DNA of 59,764 bases, counting the filler. It is 6 parts of 6 records of this genome, joined end to end, with 100 filler letters (N's around TTAATTAATTAA, not from the genome) between each part and the next. Parts side by side here need not be neighbours in the genome. Positions count along the whole stretch, not along the records: positions 21,162 to 30,388 come from DRR723986_14467; positions 30,489 to 39,589 come from DRR723986_14471; positions 39,690 to 45,127 come from DRR723986_14473; 3 more parts are not named here. One strand, written 5' to 3'. Shown here piece after piece: positions 27,980-39,768 of this stretch. Within the stretch, counting starts at the first letter, position 1. Every line of letters starts with the position of its first letter. The translations under genes and the position numbers were made by a program. The notes below the pieces were generated by a model that searched no databases, was not told where the DNA came from, and saw only the letters and a list, made by a program, of their open reading frames with translations.

Positions 27980-29494
27980 ATGGGCCAGTACCTCGCCAGA
28001 TTGCCGCTGCTGGTCCTACTGGTGGGAATCTGTGCGCTGGCGATGCTGGTGCCCGCCGCAGTCGCAATGATCGAGGAGGAATTCCGCGTCGGGCGTAGTT
28101 TCTTCTATTCGGCGCTGTTGTTCCTGATCCTGACGCTGGTGCTTGGCTTTGCCACGCAGGGGTTCAAGCCAGCCACCTCGGCGCGCAGCCATTTGGCGGG
28201 GCTGATCGTGGCCTATCTGCTGTTGCCCGCTATCATGGCGGTCCCGCTGGCTGATGCGATCGGCAACACGCGGTTCCTGAACGCGTATTTCGAAATGGTG
28301 TCCTGCCTGACCACCACCGGAGCCACGCTGTTCGACCCGGCGCGGCTTGGCGATGGCGAACATCTCTGGCGGGCGCTTGTCGGCTGGATGGGCGGGCTTC
28401 TTGTCTGGGTCACGGCCATGGCCGTAATGGCGCCGCTGTCGCTTGGCGGATTCGAAGTGTCATCGGAAGCGGTCGATCGCCGTGTCGTATCATCGGGGGC
28501 GCAGATGCAGGCCGCAGCACCCGGTCTTCGATTGCGCCGCGCGGTTGTGTTTCTGGCCCCGACATATGCCGGCCTGACGGGTGTCCTTTGGCTGTTGCAG
28601 ATCCTGGCGGGCGAAAGCGATCTGACCGCTCTGGCCCATGCGATGGCGGTGATGTCGACCTCTGGCATTTCGCCCGAGGGCTCTCTGAACGCCTCTGCGG
28701 GCGGATTCCTGTCGGAACTCACGATCTTTTTCTTCTTCCTGTTTGCCCTGACGCGACACAGCTTTTCCGACCGCGTTACGACCAACACCCCGCGCATTCT
28801 GTTTCAAGACCGGGAATTGCGGCTGGCCGTCTACGTGGTGCTGGCGCTGACAGCTTTGTTTTTTCTACGCCACTGGCTTGGCGCACTGGAGGTCGCGTCC
28901 TCGGGCACGGGCCGGTCGGCGCTGGCCGCGCTTTGGGGCAGCCTGTTTACCATCACCTCTTTCGTGACCACGACCGGCTTCGTGTCGGATTACTGGGCCG
29001 AGGCGCGCGGTTGGTCCGGTTTGCCGACGCCGGGGTTGCTGCTGGTGGGGCTGGCCCTGATGGGCGGCGGGGCCGCTACCACGGCAGGCGGCATCAAGCT
29101 GATCCGGGTCTATGCGCTGTACAAGCATGGCACACGGGAACTCGGCAAGCTGACCCACCCCCATTCCGTTGCCGCAGGCGGGCGGATGGGGCGGCGCATC
29201 CGGCGCGAAGGGGCCTATATCGCCTGGGTGTTCTTCATGCTGTTCATTCTGTCGACCGCGGCGATCATGCTGGCGCTGTCGATGACCGGGCAAGGCTTCG
29301 AGGACTCCTTCGTTCTGGCCGCTGCTGCCCTGTCGACAACCGGTCCGCTGGCGGCCTATGGGGGCGAACACCCGATCATATACGCGGCGCTAAGCGATCC
29401 GGCGAAACTGGTCCTGATCGGGGCAATGATCCTGGGCCGTCTGGAAACGCTTGCGTTGATTGCTTTGTTCAACCCGGGTTTCTGGCGAATCTAG
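27980..29494 (+). CDS. trkH: Trk potassium uptake membrane subunit
   Basis: LTTTGAT, TTTGF, TAGGIK, MILGRLE motifs; multi-TM. Confidence 0.9.
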   Translation: MGQYLARLPLLVLLVGICALAMLVPAAVAMIEEEFRVGRSFFYSALLFLILTLVLGFATQGFKPATSARSHLAGLIVAYLLLPAIMAVPLADAIGNTRFLNAYFEMVSCLTTTGATLFDPARLGDGEHLWRALVGWMGGLLVWVTAMAVMAPLSLGGFEVSSEAVDRRVVSSGAQMQAAAPGLRLRRAVVFLAPTYAGLTGVLWLLQILAGESDLTALAHAMAVMSTSGISPEGSLNASAGGFLSELTIFFFFLFALTRHSFSDRVTTNTPRILFQDRELRLAVYVVLALTALFFLRHWLGALEVASSGTGRSALAALWGSLFTITSFVTTTGFVSDYWAEARGWSGLPTPGLLLVGLALMGGGAATTAGGIKLIRVYALYKHGTRELGKLTHPHSVAAGGRMGRRIRREGAYIAWVFFMLFILSTAAIMLALSMTGQGFEDSFVLAAAALSTTGPLAAYGGEHPIIYAALSDPAKLVLIGAMILGRLETLALIALFNPGFWRI

Positions 29495-29639
29495 CCAGAT
29501 TTTCTGCCTTTGCAGCATTCCGGGACCAAGTTGCGGGAATCGGGGTGGAAATCCGCGAAAAACATGCACATACTCGCATTTAGGTTTTCATCGCGTTCCA
29601 CAATAAGGGACGGTAACAAAGAATAAGGCAAGGTTCCCG

Positions 29640-29873
29640 ATGGCCGAAAGCAAGCAGAATCTACAGGATGCGTTCCTGAATCATGTTCGCAAGACCAAGG
29701 TTCCGGTGACGATTTTTCTGATCAATGGCGTGAAACTACAGGGTGTCATAACCTGGTTTGACAATTTCTGCGTCCTGCTGCGCCGTGACGGACAATCGCA
29801 ACTGGTCTACAAACACGCGATTTCCACCGTGATGCCGGCTCAGCCCATCAATCTGTATGACGGGGAAGAGTGA
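29640..29873 (+). CDS. hfq: RNA chaperone Hfq
   Basis: [27 protein letters not shown]. Confidence 0.98.
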   Translation: MAESKQNLQDAFLNHVRKTKVPVTIFLINGVKLQGVITWFDNFCVLLRRDGQSQLVYKHAISTVMPAQPINLYDGEE

Positions 29874-30388
29874 GCGCAGCTGATCCGCAAGGGACCGGCA
29901 AGTCCGGCCCGACCCGCGCCATTGTCCTGCATCCCGATATCAAGTCGGACCGCGACCGCCGTTCGGCGGAACCTGCGTTGCAAGAGGCTGTGGCCCTTGC
30001 GGCAGCCTTGCCCGAATTGGAGGTCGTCGGCGCGGAAGTGGTGCGGCTGCCGAAGGCACAGCCGGGTCTTCTGTTCGGCACCGGCAAGATTGCCGAGCTG
30101 AAGGCAAGGATCGAGGCGTCCGAGGCAGACCTGGTTTTGGTCGATGGCCCGGTGACCCCTGTTCAGCAGCGCAATCTGGAAAAGGAATGGGGCGTCAAGC
30201 TGCTGGATCGCACCGGCCTGATCCTGGAGATTTTCGCCGATCGCGCCCGCACGCGGGAGGGGGTGTTGCAGGTGGAACTGGCAGCACTGTCCTACCAGCG
30301 CACCCGGCTGGTCCGCGCCTGGACCCACCTTGAACGGCAGCGCGGCGGGCTAGGCTTCGTGGGCGGCCCCGGCGAAACCCAGATCGAG
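29870..30388 (+). CDS. hflX: GTPase HflX (3' truncated)
   Basis: [34 protein letters not shown]; follows hfq. Confidence 0.95.
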
Positions 30389-30488
30389 NNNNNNNNNNNN
30401 NNNNNNNNNNNNNNNNNNNNNNNNNNNNNNNNTTAATTAATTAANNNNNNNNNNNNNNNNNNNNNNNNNNNNNNNNNNNNNNNNNNNN
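30389..30488. other. Artificial contig spacer
   Basis: N-run + TTAATTAATTAA + N-run. Confidence 0.98.
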
Positions 30489-30562
30489 TGGAGCGGGTGA
30501 TGGGAATCGAACCCACGTATGCAGCTTGGGAAGCTACCGTTCTACCATTGAACTACACCCGC
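30489..30562 (-). tRNA. tRNA-Gly(CCC)
   Basis: Reverse complement GCGGGTGTAGTTCAATGGTAGAAC...TTCCCAA...GGTTCGATTCCCATCACCCGCTCCA; 74 nt, encoded CCA. Confidence 0.96.
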
Positions 30563-30831
30563 GTAGTTGGCAGCGCCAAGCCTAGCGGCGCGGATGGCTT
30601 CTGCCAAGCTATTTCTTGGCACAGTTCTGCGGCAGAGGGAGACCCCGCGCGGGTGAGCCTGAGTGGGCGAGCTGCGCTTGAGGCATCGAATTATCATTGG
30701 CCCGGACAGCGGGGCCGAACTGGCCTAGTATTAGCGGTTGCACTAGGATCCGGTTTGGAGATCGGGTCGATATCACCGGGTGCTGCCCTTTCGGCTGGCA
30801 GCGCGCTAACAGATCGTAAAGGGGAGTTTTT

Positions 30832-31650
30832 ATGACAAGTTTTGATGGCAAGACAGTCTGGATTACCGGCGCATCCTCAGGGATCGGCAAAGCGCTTGCA
30901 GTCGCTTTTGCCGAGAATGGTGCGCAGCTGATCCTGTCGGGCAGACGGCTTGATGCCCTGCAGGCGGTTGCCGACGAACTGCCGACGCCGTCCCTGGTGT
31001 TGCCTTTTGAAGTCACCGACTTCGCCGGCCTGGCAGCGCAGGTAGATAAGGCCTGGAACTGGACCGGGCGGGTGGACATCCTGGTGAACAATGCGGGGAT
31101 CAGCCAGCGAAGCCTTGCCATCGACACCGCGCCCGACGTCTATACACACCTGCTCAACGTGGACCTGGTGTCACCGATCTGGCTAACCCAATTGCAGCTA
31201 AAGCGAATGGCCGCAGCCGGGGGAGCGCATATTGTTGCCATCAGCTCGGTGGCGGGTCGAATCGGCGCGCCTCTGCGCACCGCCTATTCCGCTGCCAAGC
31301 ATGGGCTGATCGGCTATATGGATGCGCTGCGCTCGGAAGTCTCGGTGCTGCACAATATCAACGTGACCAATGTGCTGCCGGGCTCGGTTGCAACCGACGT
31401 CTCGCGCAATGCGGTCACGGCCGACGGTAGTCGGCGAGGCCAGTCGGATGCCAATATCGATGCCGGTGACGACCCCATGGATTGCGCCCGGGCCATCCTC
31501 GACGCGGTGCGCAACAATGTCCCTGAACTCCTGTATGCCCAGGGTATGGAGCGGGAGTTGGCGGAGATGCGCCATCGCGAGCCCGAGAAGCTATTCGAGT
31601 TAGCCGGACAGTTGGGCGCCCAGCTGGCGGAGCAGGGAATACCCGAGTGA
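30832..31650 (+). CDS. Short-chain dehydrogenase/reductase
   Basis: TGASSGIG, NNAG, YSAAK. Confidence 0.93.
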   Translation: MTSFDGKTVWITGASSGIGKALAVAFAENGAQLILSGRRLDALQAVADELPTPSLVLPFEVTDFAGLAAQVDKAWNWTGRVDILVNNAGISQRSLAIDTAPDVYTHLLNVDLVSPIWLTQLQLKRMAAAGGAHIVAISSVAGRIGAPLRTAYSAAKHGLIGYMDALRSEVSVLHNINVTNVLPGSVATDVSRNAVTADGSRRGQSDANIDAGDDPMDCARAILDAVRNNVPELLYAQGMERELAEMRHREPEKLFELAGQLGAQLAEQGIPE

Positions 31651-31747
31651 GGTTTACGCCGTTTGTTTATCGCGCGCACGGTCGCATGACAGCGGGGGCC
31701 GAGGATGGCGCTGCGCGTCTGGCATCCGGGGCAGCGAGGGGAAGACA

Positions 31748-32737
31748 ATGAAAGCGGCAGTGCTTAACGCCTTTGGCGGACCCGATGAGTTTGATGTTAC
31801 CCAGGTGCCGATGCCTGAGGCGTCACCCGGTGAGGTGTTGATCCGGGTGGAATATGCCGGGATAAACCCTGCAGACTGGAAGGACCGGGAAGGCTATACC
31901 GCCATGTTCTTCGACATCCGTTTCCCTTACATCGTCGGCTTTGATGCAGCGGGAACGGTCGCAGCGCTGGGCGCGGGCGTCACCGGGTTCGCTGTGGGCG
32001 ACCGCGTGTTCACCGTATCGGCCCACGGCCAGGGGGGGCAGGGCAGTTATGCTGAATACCTGTCGGTACCGGTCGATCGGGTTGCCCCTGTGCCGGCTGG
32101 GCTGGCTACCCGTGATGCTGCCGTCATACCTGTGGCAGCGCTCACTGCCTGGCAGGCCATCCATGACCAGGCCAAGGGGGCGGTGGCTGAAGGTCAGAGT
32201 GTAGTGATCAATGGTGGCGCTGGTGGGGTTGGTAGCTTCGCCATCCAGTTTGCCCGCAGGGCCGGGGCCCGGGTGGCTGCGACCTGCAGTACGCATAACG
32301 TCGACTACCTGCGCGAGCTCGGTGCCGACCTGGTGGTGGACTACCGGCGACAGGCGCTGGCTGCGGAACTGGCGGCATGGGCACCGGCGGGCGTCGACTT
32401 GCTGGTCGACACCGTGGGTAGCGACAGTATCGATCAACCTTTACAGCTGCTCAGCCCCGGGGGGCGTTTGGTGTGCATAGCGACCCTCACCCGCGATGGC
32501 GATATCGAGGCCTCTATCCGGGAGGCTGCCGAGCAGGGCAAAACCAAAGTCTTCGCGATGATGGACGATGTAGCCAGTGCGCCGGCACTGGCGCAGATTG
32601 CCGATCTTGCTGCTGCAGGGCAGATCTCCCTGCCCGCGGTGCAGGAGTTCCCTCTCGAAGCCGTCGGCGACGCTCATCGCTTGCTTGAGGGCGGCCATGT
32701 ACGCGGTAAGCTGGTGCTGAGAATAGATGGTGAGTGA
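31748..32737 (+). CDS. NADP-dependent oxidoreductase (MDR/quinone reductase family)
   Basis: GINPADWK, GSYAEY, GGAGGVG, AH..LEGGHVRGKLVL. Confidence 0.9.
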   Translation: MKAAVLNAFGGPDEFDVTQVPMPEASPGEVLIRVEYAGINPADWKDREGYTAMFFDIRFPYIVGFDAAGTVAALGAGVTGFAVGDRVFTVSAHGQGGQGSYAEYLSVPVDRVAPVPAGLATRDAAVIPVAALTAWQAIHDQAKGAVAEGQSVVINGGAGGVGSFAIQFARRAGARVAATCSTHNVDYLRELGADLVVDYRRQALAAELAAWAPAGVDLLVDTVGSDSIDQPLQLLSPGGRLVCIATLTRDGDIEASIREAAEQGKTKVFAMMDDVASAPALAQIADLAAAGQISLPAVQEFPLEAVGDAHRLLEGGHVRGKLVLRIDGE

Positions 32738-32819
32738 AGCAGTCCCAGGGGCCGGCCGCCGTGTAAGCTGCGGGCAAGCGGTGTAGTATTGGCAGTATCC
32801 AGACAGGCTTGAGAGGGAC

Positions 32820-33164
32820 ATGCGGACAGAGGTTGCCGAAGTACTTATTGATATCGAAGCCGAGTTACGCCAGCTCGGCCTGTGGGACAAGATTCCCCCC
32901 TCCACAGAGGCGCTTGCCTCGGATCAGCCCTTTTGTGTCGATACGCTGACGCTGCCGCAGTGGCTGCAGTTCGTCTTTCTGCCGACGCTGTACCAGATGT
33001 TGGAGGAGGAGCAGGCCCTGCCCGACAAATGCGGCATCGCGCCGATGGCCGAGGAGTTCTTTCGCGGCTCCGCGTTGACCACGGCCGCGCTGATCGAGGC
33101 TCTGGAACGCGTGGACGAGCTGCTCTCCGGCAAGCCTGCGGACCAGAACTACCCGCTGGTCTAG
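32820..33164 (+). CDS. yqcC: YqcC family protein
   Basis: ALASDQPFCVDTL..PQWLQFVFLP, GIAPMAEE. Confidence 0.88.
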   Translation: MRTEVAEVLIDIEAELRQLGLWDKIPPSTEALASDQPFCVDTLTLPQWLQFVFLPTLYQMLEEEQALPDKCGIAPMAEEFFRGSALTTAALIEALERVDELLSGKPADQNYPLV

Positions 33165-33209
33165 GCGGGGTAATCGCGCCGGTGATCCGGCCTCGACCAC
33201 TCACGCAAT

Positions 33210-33237
33210 AAAAAAGGGCATCTAGCGATGCCCTTTT
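33210..33237. terminator. Bidirectional intrinsic terminator
   Basis: AAAAAAGGGCATC-TAGC-GATGCCCTTTT between convergent yqcC and fadA. Confidence 0.85.
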
Positions 33238-33261
33238 GCTGAACCGGTAGCGCGCCCCTGG

Positions 33262-34452
<1,191 letters not shown>

Positions 34453-34464
34453 CTATCCCGTTGC

Positions 34465-36612
34465 TCAGTAGTAGGTCTCGCCACTGGCGAGTTTGGCCTG
34501 CATGCCCTCGGTAAGCTCGTAGCTCTTGCCGAGGTGGGCGAATTTTGCCGAGGCCTCGGCGATGTGGGCCAGGCCGACGGCATCCATCCAGCGGAACACG
34601 CCGCCGCGGAAGGGAGGGAAGCCGAGGCCGTAAACCAGTGCCAGGTCGGCTTCTGCTGCGGTCTCGACGATGCCTTCCTCGAGGCAGCGCGCGAGCTCTG
34701 TCGCCATGGGTAGCATCATGCGGGCGATGATTTCTTCCCGCTCGAACTCGGCGCGTTCACCGACAACCGGTGCAATCAGTTCGTATACGGCCTCGTTGAC
34801 CTGCTTCTGCGGCTTGCCGCGCTTGTCGGCCACGTATTCGTAGAAGCCCTTGCCGTTCTTCTGGCCATAGCGATTGTTCTCGAACATCACCTCGGTGGCG
34901 GTTTTGAAGTCCAGCTTCATTCGCTCGGGGAAACCTTCCGCCATCACCCCGGCAGCGTGCACGCCGGTATCGATACCGACCACGTCCAGCAGGTAGGCCG
35001 GGCCCATCGGCCAGCCCCAGCGCTCCATGACCTTGTCGACGGCCTGGAAATCAGCGCCGTCGCGGACCAGCTTGGAGAAGCCGTCAAAGTAGGGGAACAG
35101 TACGCGGTTCACCAGGAACCCGGGGCAGTCCTTGACCACAACGGCCTTCTTGCCCAGTCGGTTCGCATAGGCGACGGTGCGGGCGATGGCCGAGTCGGAG
35201 GATTTCTCGCCGCGGATAACTTCCACCAGCGGCATCGCGTGCACCGGGTTGAAGAAGTGCATGCCGCAGAAATTCTCGGGGCGTTTCAGGGCCTCCGCCA
35301 GGTAAGTAATGGAGATGGTGGAGGTATTGGATACCAGCACCGCATTGTCGGCGATGTGCTGCTCGGTTTCCGCCAGCACCGCGTGCTTGACCTTGGGGTT
35401 TTCGACCACGGCTTCGACCACAATATCCACGTCCTCGAAGCGGTCGTAGCTCAGCATCGGGTCGATGGTGGTGAGTACCTGCCCCATCTGGTCGGGCGAC
35501 ATGCGCCCGCGGGATACCCGCTTGGCCAGCAGTTTGTTGGCCTCTGACAGACCGAGGTCCAGGCCCTCCTGGGCAATATCTTTCATCTTGATCGGCACGC
35601 CCTTGAGCGCCGACTGGTAGGCAATACCGCCGCCCATGATGCCGGCTCCCAGTACCGCCGCACGGTTGATGGGCTGGTCCGCCTTTTTCTCCCAGCTTTT
35701 GGCTTTCTTAGCCAGCAGCTGATCGGACAGGAATACACCGACCAGGGCCGCGGCTACATCGGTCGTTGCCAGTTCGGCGAAGCCCTGGGCCTCGACCTCG
35801 AGGGCCGCTTCCAGGTCCATGCCGCGCGCGGCCTCGATAACGTCTACCACCTTCACCGGCGCGGGATAGTTCTTGCCGGCCTGCTGGCCAACCATGGCCT
35901 TCATGGTGAAAAAAGCCATCATGGCCTCGGTGTCGTTCATCGGTAGCGGGCTGCTTTTCGCCTGCCGACGTTGGGCATAGTCGAGCTTGCCGTCGATCGC
36001 GCCCTGCAAGGTCTGCAGGGCGATGTCCCGCAGCGCGTCCGGCGCGGCGACGGCGTCAACGGCGCCAGCTTTGAGCGCGTCGTCGGCTGACTTTTCCTGG
36101 GCCGTTGCCATCCACATTACTGCTTCGTCAACGCCGATCATGCGCGGCAGGCGTACGGTGCCGCCCCAGGCGGGCAGGATGCCGAGCTTGGTTTCCGGCA
36201 GGCCGATTTTTGCCACGGTGCTCATCACCCGGAAGTCACAGGCCAGGCAGACCTCCAGGCCACCGCCCATGGCATAGCCGTTGATGGCGACGCAGCTGGG
36301 GAAGGGCAGGTTCTGCAGGCGGTTGAAATTGGCATTGTTGGTGCGGGTGAAGGGGATGATTTCATCGGCCCCGGCGCCGAACAGTTCGGTGAACTCGGTG
36401 ATGTCTGCACCGACGATGAAGACCGGCTTGGCGCTGGTTACCAGCAGGCCCTTGAGACCTGATTCGGCTTCCAGGGCAGTCAGTGCCGCGGTGAGGTCAG
36501 TGACCGTGGCCTGGTTGAATTTGTTGACGGATTCGCCCTTCAGGTCAAAGTTCAGCTCTGCGATATCGCCGTCGAGGCGCGATACGGTGAGCGAGTCACT
36601 CTGGTAGATCAT
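34465..36612 (-). CDS. fadB: Fatty acid oxidation complex subunit alpha
   Basis: Crotonase N-terminus (FIVGADITEF) plus HACD (GAGIMGGGIA, GMHFFNP, GFLVNRVL). Confidence 0.96.
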   Translation of the reverse strand: MIYQSDSLTVSRLDGDIAELNFDLKGESVNKFNQATVTDLTAALTALEAESGLKGLLVTSAKPVFIVGADITEFTELFGAGADEIIPFTRTNNANFNRLQNLPFPSCVAINGYAMGGGLEVCLACDFRVMSTVAKIGLPETKLGILPAWGGTVRLPRMIGVDEAVMWMATAQEKSADDALKAGAVDAVAAPDALRDIALQTLQGAIDGKLDYAQRRQAKSSPLPMNDTEAMMAFFTMKAMVGQQAGKNYPAPVKVVDVIEAARGMDLEAALEVEAQGFAELATTDVAAALVGVFLSDQLLAKKAKSWEKKADQPINRAAVLGAGIMGGGIAYQSALKGVPIKMKDIAQEGLDLGLSEANKLLAKRVSRGRMSPDQMGQVLTTIDPMLSYDRFEDVDIVVEAVVENPKVKHAVLAETEQHIADNAVLVSNTSTISITYLAEALKRPENFCGMHFFNPVHAMPLVEVIRGEKSSDSAIARTVAYANRLGKKAVVVKDCPGFLVNRVLFPYFDGFSKLVRDGADFQAVDKVMERWGWPMGPAYLLDVVGIDTGVHAAGVMAEGFPERMKLDFKTATEVMFENNRYGQKNGKGFYEYVADKRGKPQKQVNEAVYELIAPVVGERAEFEREEIIARMMLPMATELARCLEEGIVETAAEADLALVYGLGFPPFRGGVFRWMDAVGLAHIAEASAKFAHLGKSYELTEGMQAKLASGETYY

Positions 36613-36834
36613 GTGGATGTCCTGTCTGGTTGGTGGGGACCCATCGGGTCTTTGCTGCGCTATGGTCCGCCATCTGGCGGCGGGGGCCGGTATTGTAGCT
36701 AGCCGTTGGCGGCTGCGGAAGGTGAAGTTTACAGTGTATACATGGATAAGGCCATGCCCGCTCTCCGCACCCCGGTCCCGGGGCTGGCCGGAGGTTTAAC
36801 CCGTTGTCGGCGGCGCGCTGCGACCCCCCGGGGT

Positions 36835-37584
36835 TCAGCGCACCTCCACTTTCACGGGTATCCAACGGTTAATGATGTACTGCAGCGTGCCCCGGGACTT
36901 CATATCCCGCAGCGCGCGGTTCAGGTCGCCGGCCAGCTGGTCGTCGCCCTTGCGCACCGCCCAGGCCAGGTATTCGGTGGTGAGCGGCTTGTAGGTGCTG
37001 ATCAGGTCATCATTGTCCAGCGAGTTGGCCAGTGACCAGCTGGTGGGCGCATCGTGCACGTAAAGGTCGATGTCCCCGGCCCGCAAGCCGGCAAAGGCGG
37101 CTGGGGGGTCCGCATAGAAACTCACTTTCGCCGCATTCAGCTCGCGCTTGGCAAAGTCGGCACCGGTGGTGCCGGGTTCGACGCCGACCCGGATGCCCTC
37201 ACGGTAGATAGCCCAGGGCTGGGCGAAGCCCGCGACCCGGTCCTTGTGCATGATGGCCATCTGGCCCACTTCCATGAAGGGGTCGGCAAAGGTGACCCGC
37301 TGGGAGCGCTCGGCGGTGATGCTGAAACCGGACATGATGACGTCGATCCGGCCTTGTTCCAGGGCGGGAATGAGTTCATCGAAGGAATACTCGAACAGCG
37401 ACAGGGGCCGGCCAAGAATTTCCGCGACGGCTTTTGCGTTATCCGCTTCCAGGCCGACGATGCGCCCGTCCTGTTTGTACTGCAGGGGCGGGTAGTCCGG
37501 CGACATGCCCACTTTGAGCACCTCGGCGAACACACCCGTCGGCACCAGCAGCAGGAGGAAAAGGGTGAGAACGAGGCGTCGCAT
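36835..37584 (-). CDS. Amino-acid ABC transporter substrate-binding protein (family 3)
   Basis: Signal peptide, LKVG..PDYPP, SITAER; ATG 37584. Confidence 0.85.
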   Translation of the reverse strand: MRRLVLTLFLLLLVPTGVFAEVLKVGMSPDYPPLQYKQDGRIVGLEADNAKAVAEILGRPLSLFEYSFDELIPALEQGRIDVIMSGFSITAERSQRVTFADPFMEVGQMAIMHKDRVAGFAQPWAIYREGIRVGVEPGTTGADFAKRELNAAKVSFYADPPAAFAGLRAGDIDLYVHDAPTSWSLANSLDNDDLISTYKPLTTEYLAWAVRKGDDQLAGDLNRALRDMKSRGTLQYIINRWIPVKVEVR

Positions 37585-37691
37585 GGCCGTACTCCGGAAT
37601 TTCGGCGTGAGCCCGGAGCATAATCGCTTCCGCACCCGTGGCGAAACCCCCGGGCTGGAAAAATGACCTTATGGCAGCACGTGGGTGCCTG

Positions 37692-38399
37692 CTAAGCCGA
37701 GGGCGCACCGGCCGACTGCTGCTGGACTTGCGCGATCGAGCGGTGCTCCCGCAGGTGCAGCATCACGTCGAGGCCGGTCTTAAGCACGACCAACACCAAC
37801 AGCAGGGCCAGGGGTTGCCCCAGTGCCACCGCGGCGAAGGCGCCGAGGATGATGGTGATGTGCAGAATCATGATGCGACCATAGGGCGCGGCCATCAGCC
37901 GGGCCAAGCTGCTGTGCTTGCGCTCTCCTGCGAGCAGGAAGTTGAGCAGGAACGACAGTCCGTGGCTCAGCATCAGCCCGCCAAAGGCCCATAGCCATTC
38001 GGGCGGTGCCTCCGCCAGTACCTGCTGGATCACACTAAGCAGCAGTTGCACAAAGACCAGGAACAGGGGCCACTGGTCGTCGCTGGAGAGGAAGTCCGCC
38101 TCAGGATTGACCAGCAATACCAGGATAAACAGGCCGTGGACGGCACAGAAGCCACCGTAGTGGATGAGGAAGAACAGCCCGGAGAACGGGGCGCCGAGTG
38201 GAGATATGGCGAACATTTTAAGTAGCGTATAGAAGCCCAGGACCAGATTCTCCGACCAGTACAGCACGACCAGGGCCGCAATGTCCCAGTCGTATAGCAG
38301 GACCCCGAGCAAGGGCAGCAGGTTGACCATGACCAGCAGTGCCAGGCTCAGGTGACGGCGGATACCGGTGTACGCCATTTCTTGCTGGACGATAGTCAT
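37692..38399 (-). CDS. Membrane protein, DUF6498-like
   Basis: LYWSEN, FFLIHYGGFCAVHG, PYGRIMILH. Confidence 0.75.
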   Translation of the reverse strand: MTIVQQEMAYTGIRRHLSLALLVMVNLLPLLGVLLYDWDIAALVVLYWSENLVLGFYTLLKMFAISPLGAPFSGLFFLIHYGGFCAVHGLFILVLLVNPEADFLSSDDQWPLFLVFVQLLLSVIQQVLAEAPPEWLWAFGGLMLSHGLSFLLNFLLAGERKHSSLARLMAAPYGRIMILHITIILGAFAAVALGQPLALLLVLVVLKTGLDVMLHLREHRSIAQVQQQSAGAPSA

Positions 38400-38516
38400 C
38401 GGCAGAGTGTAGTACGGTCGGAGGTAACTTGGGTGATGGAACAGGCTTTCGGGAGGGGAGGGAAGCCCCGGCCGGGCGAATCCCGGCCTGGGTAGTTGCC
38501 GCGGCGCAGACGCGCG

Positions 38517-38714
38517 TCAGTGCAGGATGCGGTCTGGTCGCATCGCTTCCTGCAGTTCCTTGCCGGACTTATCCGCGGCCGCACTTTGCTGCTCCTGCAG
38601 GTAGGTGCGCAAGCGCCCGACGACACTGGTCATGACGTCGATGGTCTGGCTGATCTGGTCCAGGGCCATCAGAATGGTCTCGTTGTCGCTCGGGTTTTTA
38701 TCGCTCTTGTTCAT
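38517..38714 (-). CDS. Small hypothetical protein
   Basis: 65 aa, co-oriented downstream of nrdB, C-terminal RILH. Confidence 0.55.
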   Translation of the reverse strand: MNKSDKNPSDNETILMALDQISQTIDVMTSVVGRLRTYLQEQQSAAADKSGKELQEAMRPDRILH

Positions 38715-38787
38715 ATGAGATCCCTCATCAGGAGCCGCATTGCGAGTGCGTATCAGGTGCCGGCCCCGGCGGCGCCGGGGCGTGAAA

Positions 38788-39589
38788 TCAATCCCAGCTC
38801 AGGGCACCACCGGTCTGGTATTCGATCACCCGCGTCTCGAAGAAATTCTTCTCCTTACGCAGGTCCATGATTTCCGACATCCACGGGAACGGGTTCTGTA
38901 CCCCGGGGAACTGCTCCGGCAGCCCCAGTTGTGACAGGCGCCGGTTGGCAATGAAGTGCAGGTACTCTTCCATCATCGCCGCGTTCATGCCCAGGACCCC
39001 GCGGGGCATGGTGTCCCGCGCATATTCGATTTCCAGCTGGGTACCTTCCAGGATCATCTGGATGGCTTCCTGCTTGAATTCCTCGGTCCACAGATGCGGG
39101 TTTTCCAGCTTGATCTGGTTGATCACGTCGATACCGAAATTCAGGTGCATCGACTCATCGCGCAGGATGTACTGGAACTGTTCCGCGACCCCGGTCATCT
39201 TGTTGCGCCGACCCATGGACAGGATCTGGGTAAAGCCGCAGTAGAAGAAAATGCCTTCGGTGACCGCGTAAAACCCGATCAGGTTGCGCAGCAAGGTCTG
39301 GTCGGCTTCCTTCGTGCCGGTCTGGAAGGTCGGGTCGGAGATTTCATGAGTATGGCTCATGCTCCAGGCGGCCTTCTTGGCGACCGAGGGTACCTCGCGG
39401 TACATGTTGAACACCGCGCCCTCGTCCATGCCCAGGGATTCGATGCAGTACTGGTAGGCGTGGGTGTGGATCGCCTCCTCGAAGGCCTGGCGCAGCAGGT
39501 ACTGGCGGCACTCCGGGTTGGTGATCAGGCGGTAGATCGCCAGCACCAGGTTATTTGCCACCAGTGAGTCGGCGGTAGAGAAGTAGCCC
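38788..39589 (-). CDS. nrdB: Ribonucleotide reductase class Ia beta subunit (5' truncated)
   Basis: [29 protein letters not shown]. Confidence 0.93.
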
Positions 39590-39689
39590 NNNNNNNNNNN
39601 NNNNNNNNNNNNNNNNNNNNNNNNNNNNNNNNNTTAATTAATTAANNNNNNNNNNNNNNNNNNNNNNNNNNNNNNNNNNNNNNNNNNNN
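39590..39689. other. Artificial contig spacer
   Basis: N-run + TTAATTAATTAA + N-run. Confidence 0.98.
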
Positions 39690-39746
39690 CTCCATCACAT
39701 CCATCACAATAAAGGGATCAACTTTCGAGCGGGTTGAGTTTCGCAT
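39690..39746 (-). CDS. N-terminal fragment of PLP-dependent aminotransferase
   Basis: MRNSTRSKVDPFIVMDVME, typical alphaproteobacterial class I aminotransferase start, divergent from M48 gene. Confidence 0.6.
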
Positions 39747-39768
39747 GTGCTTCTCCCATGTTGCGGCC

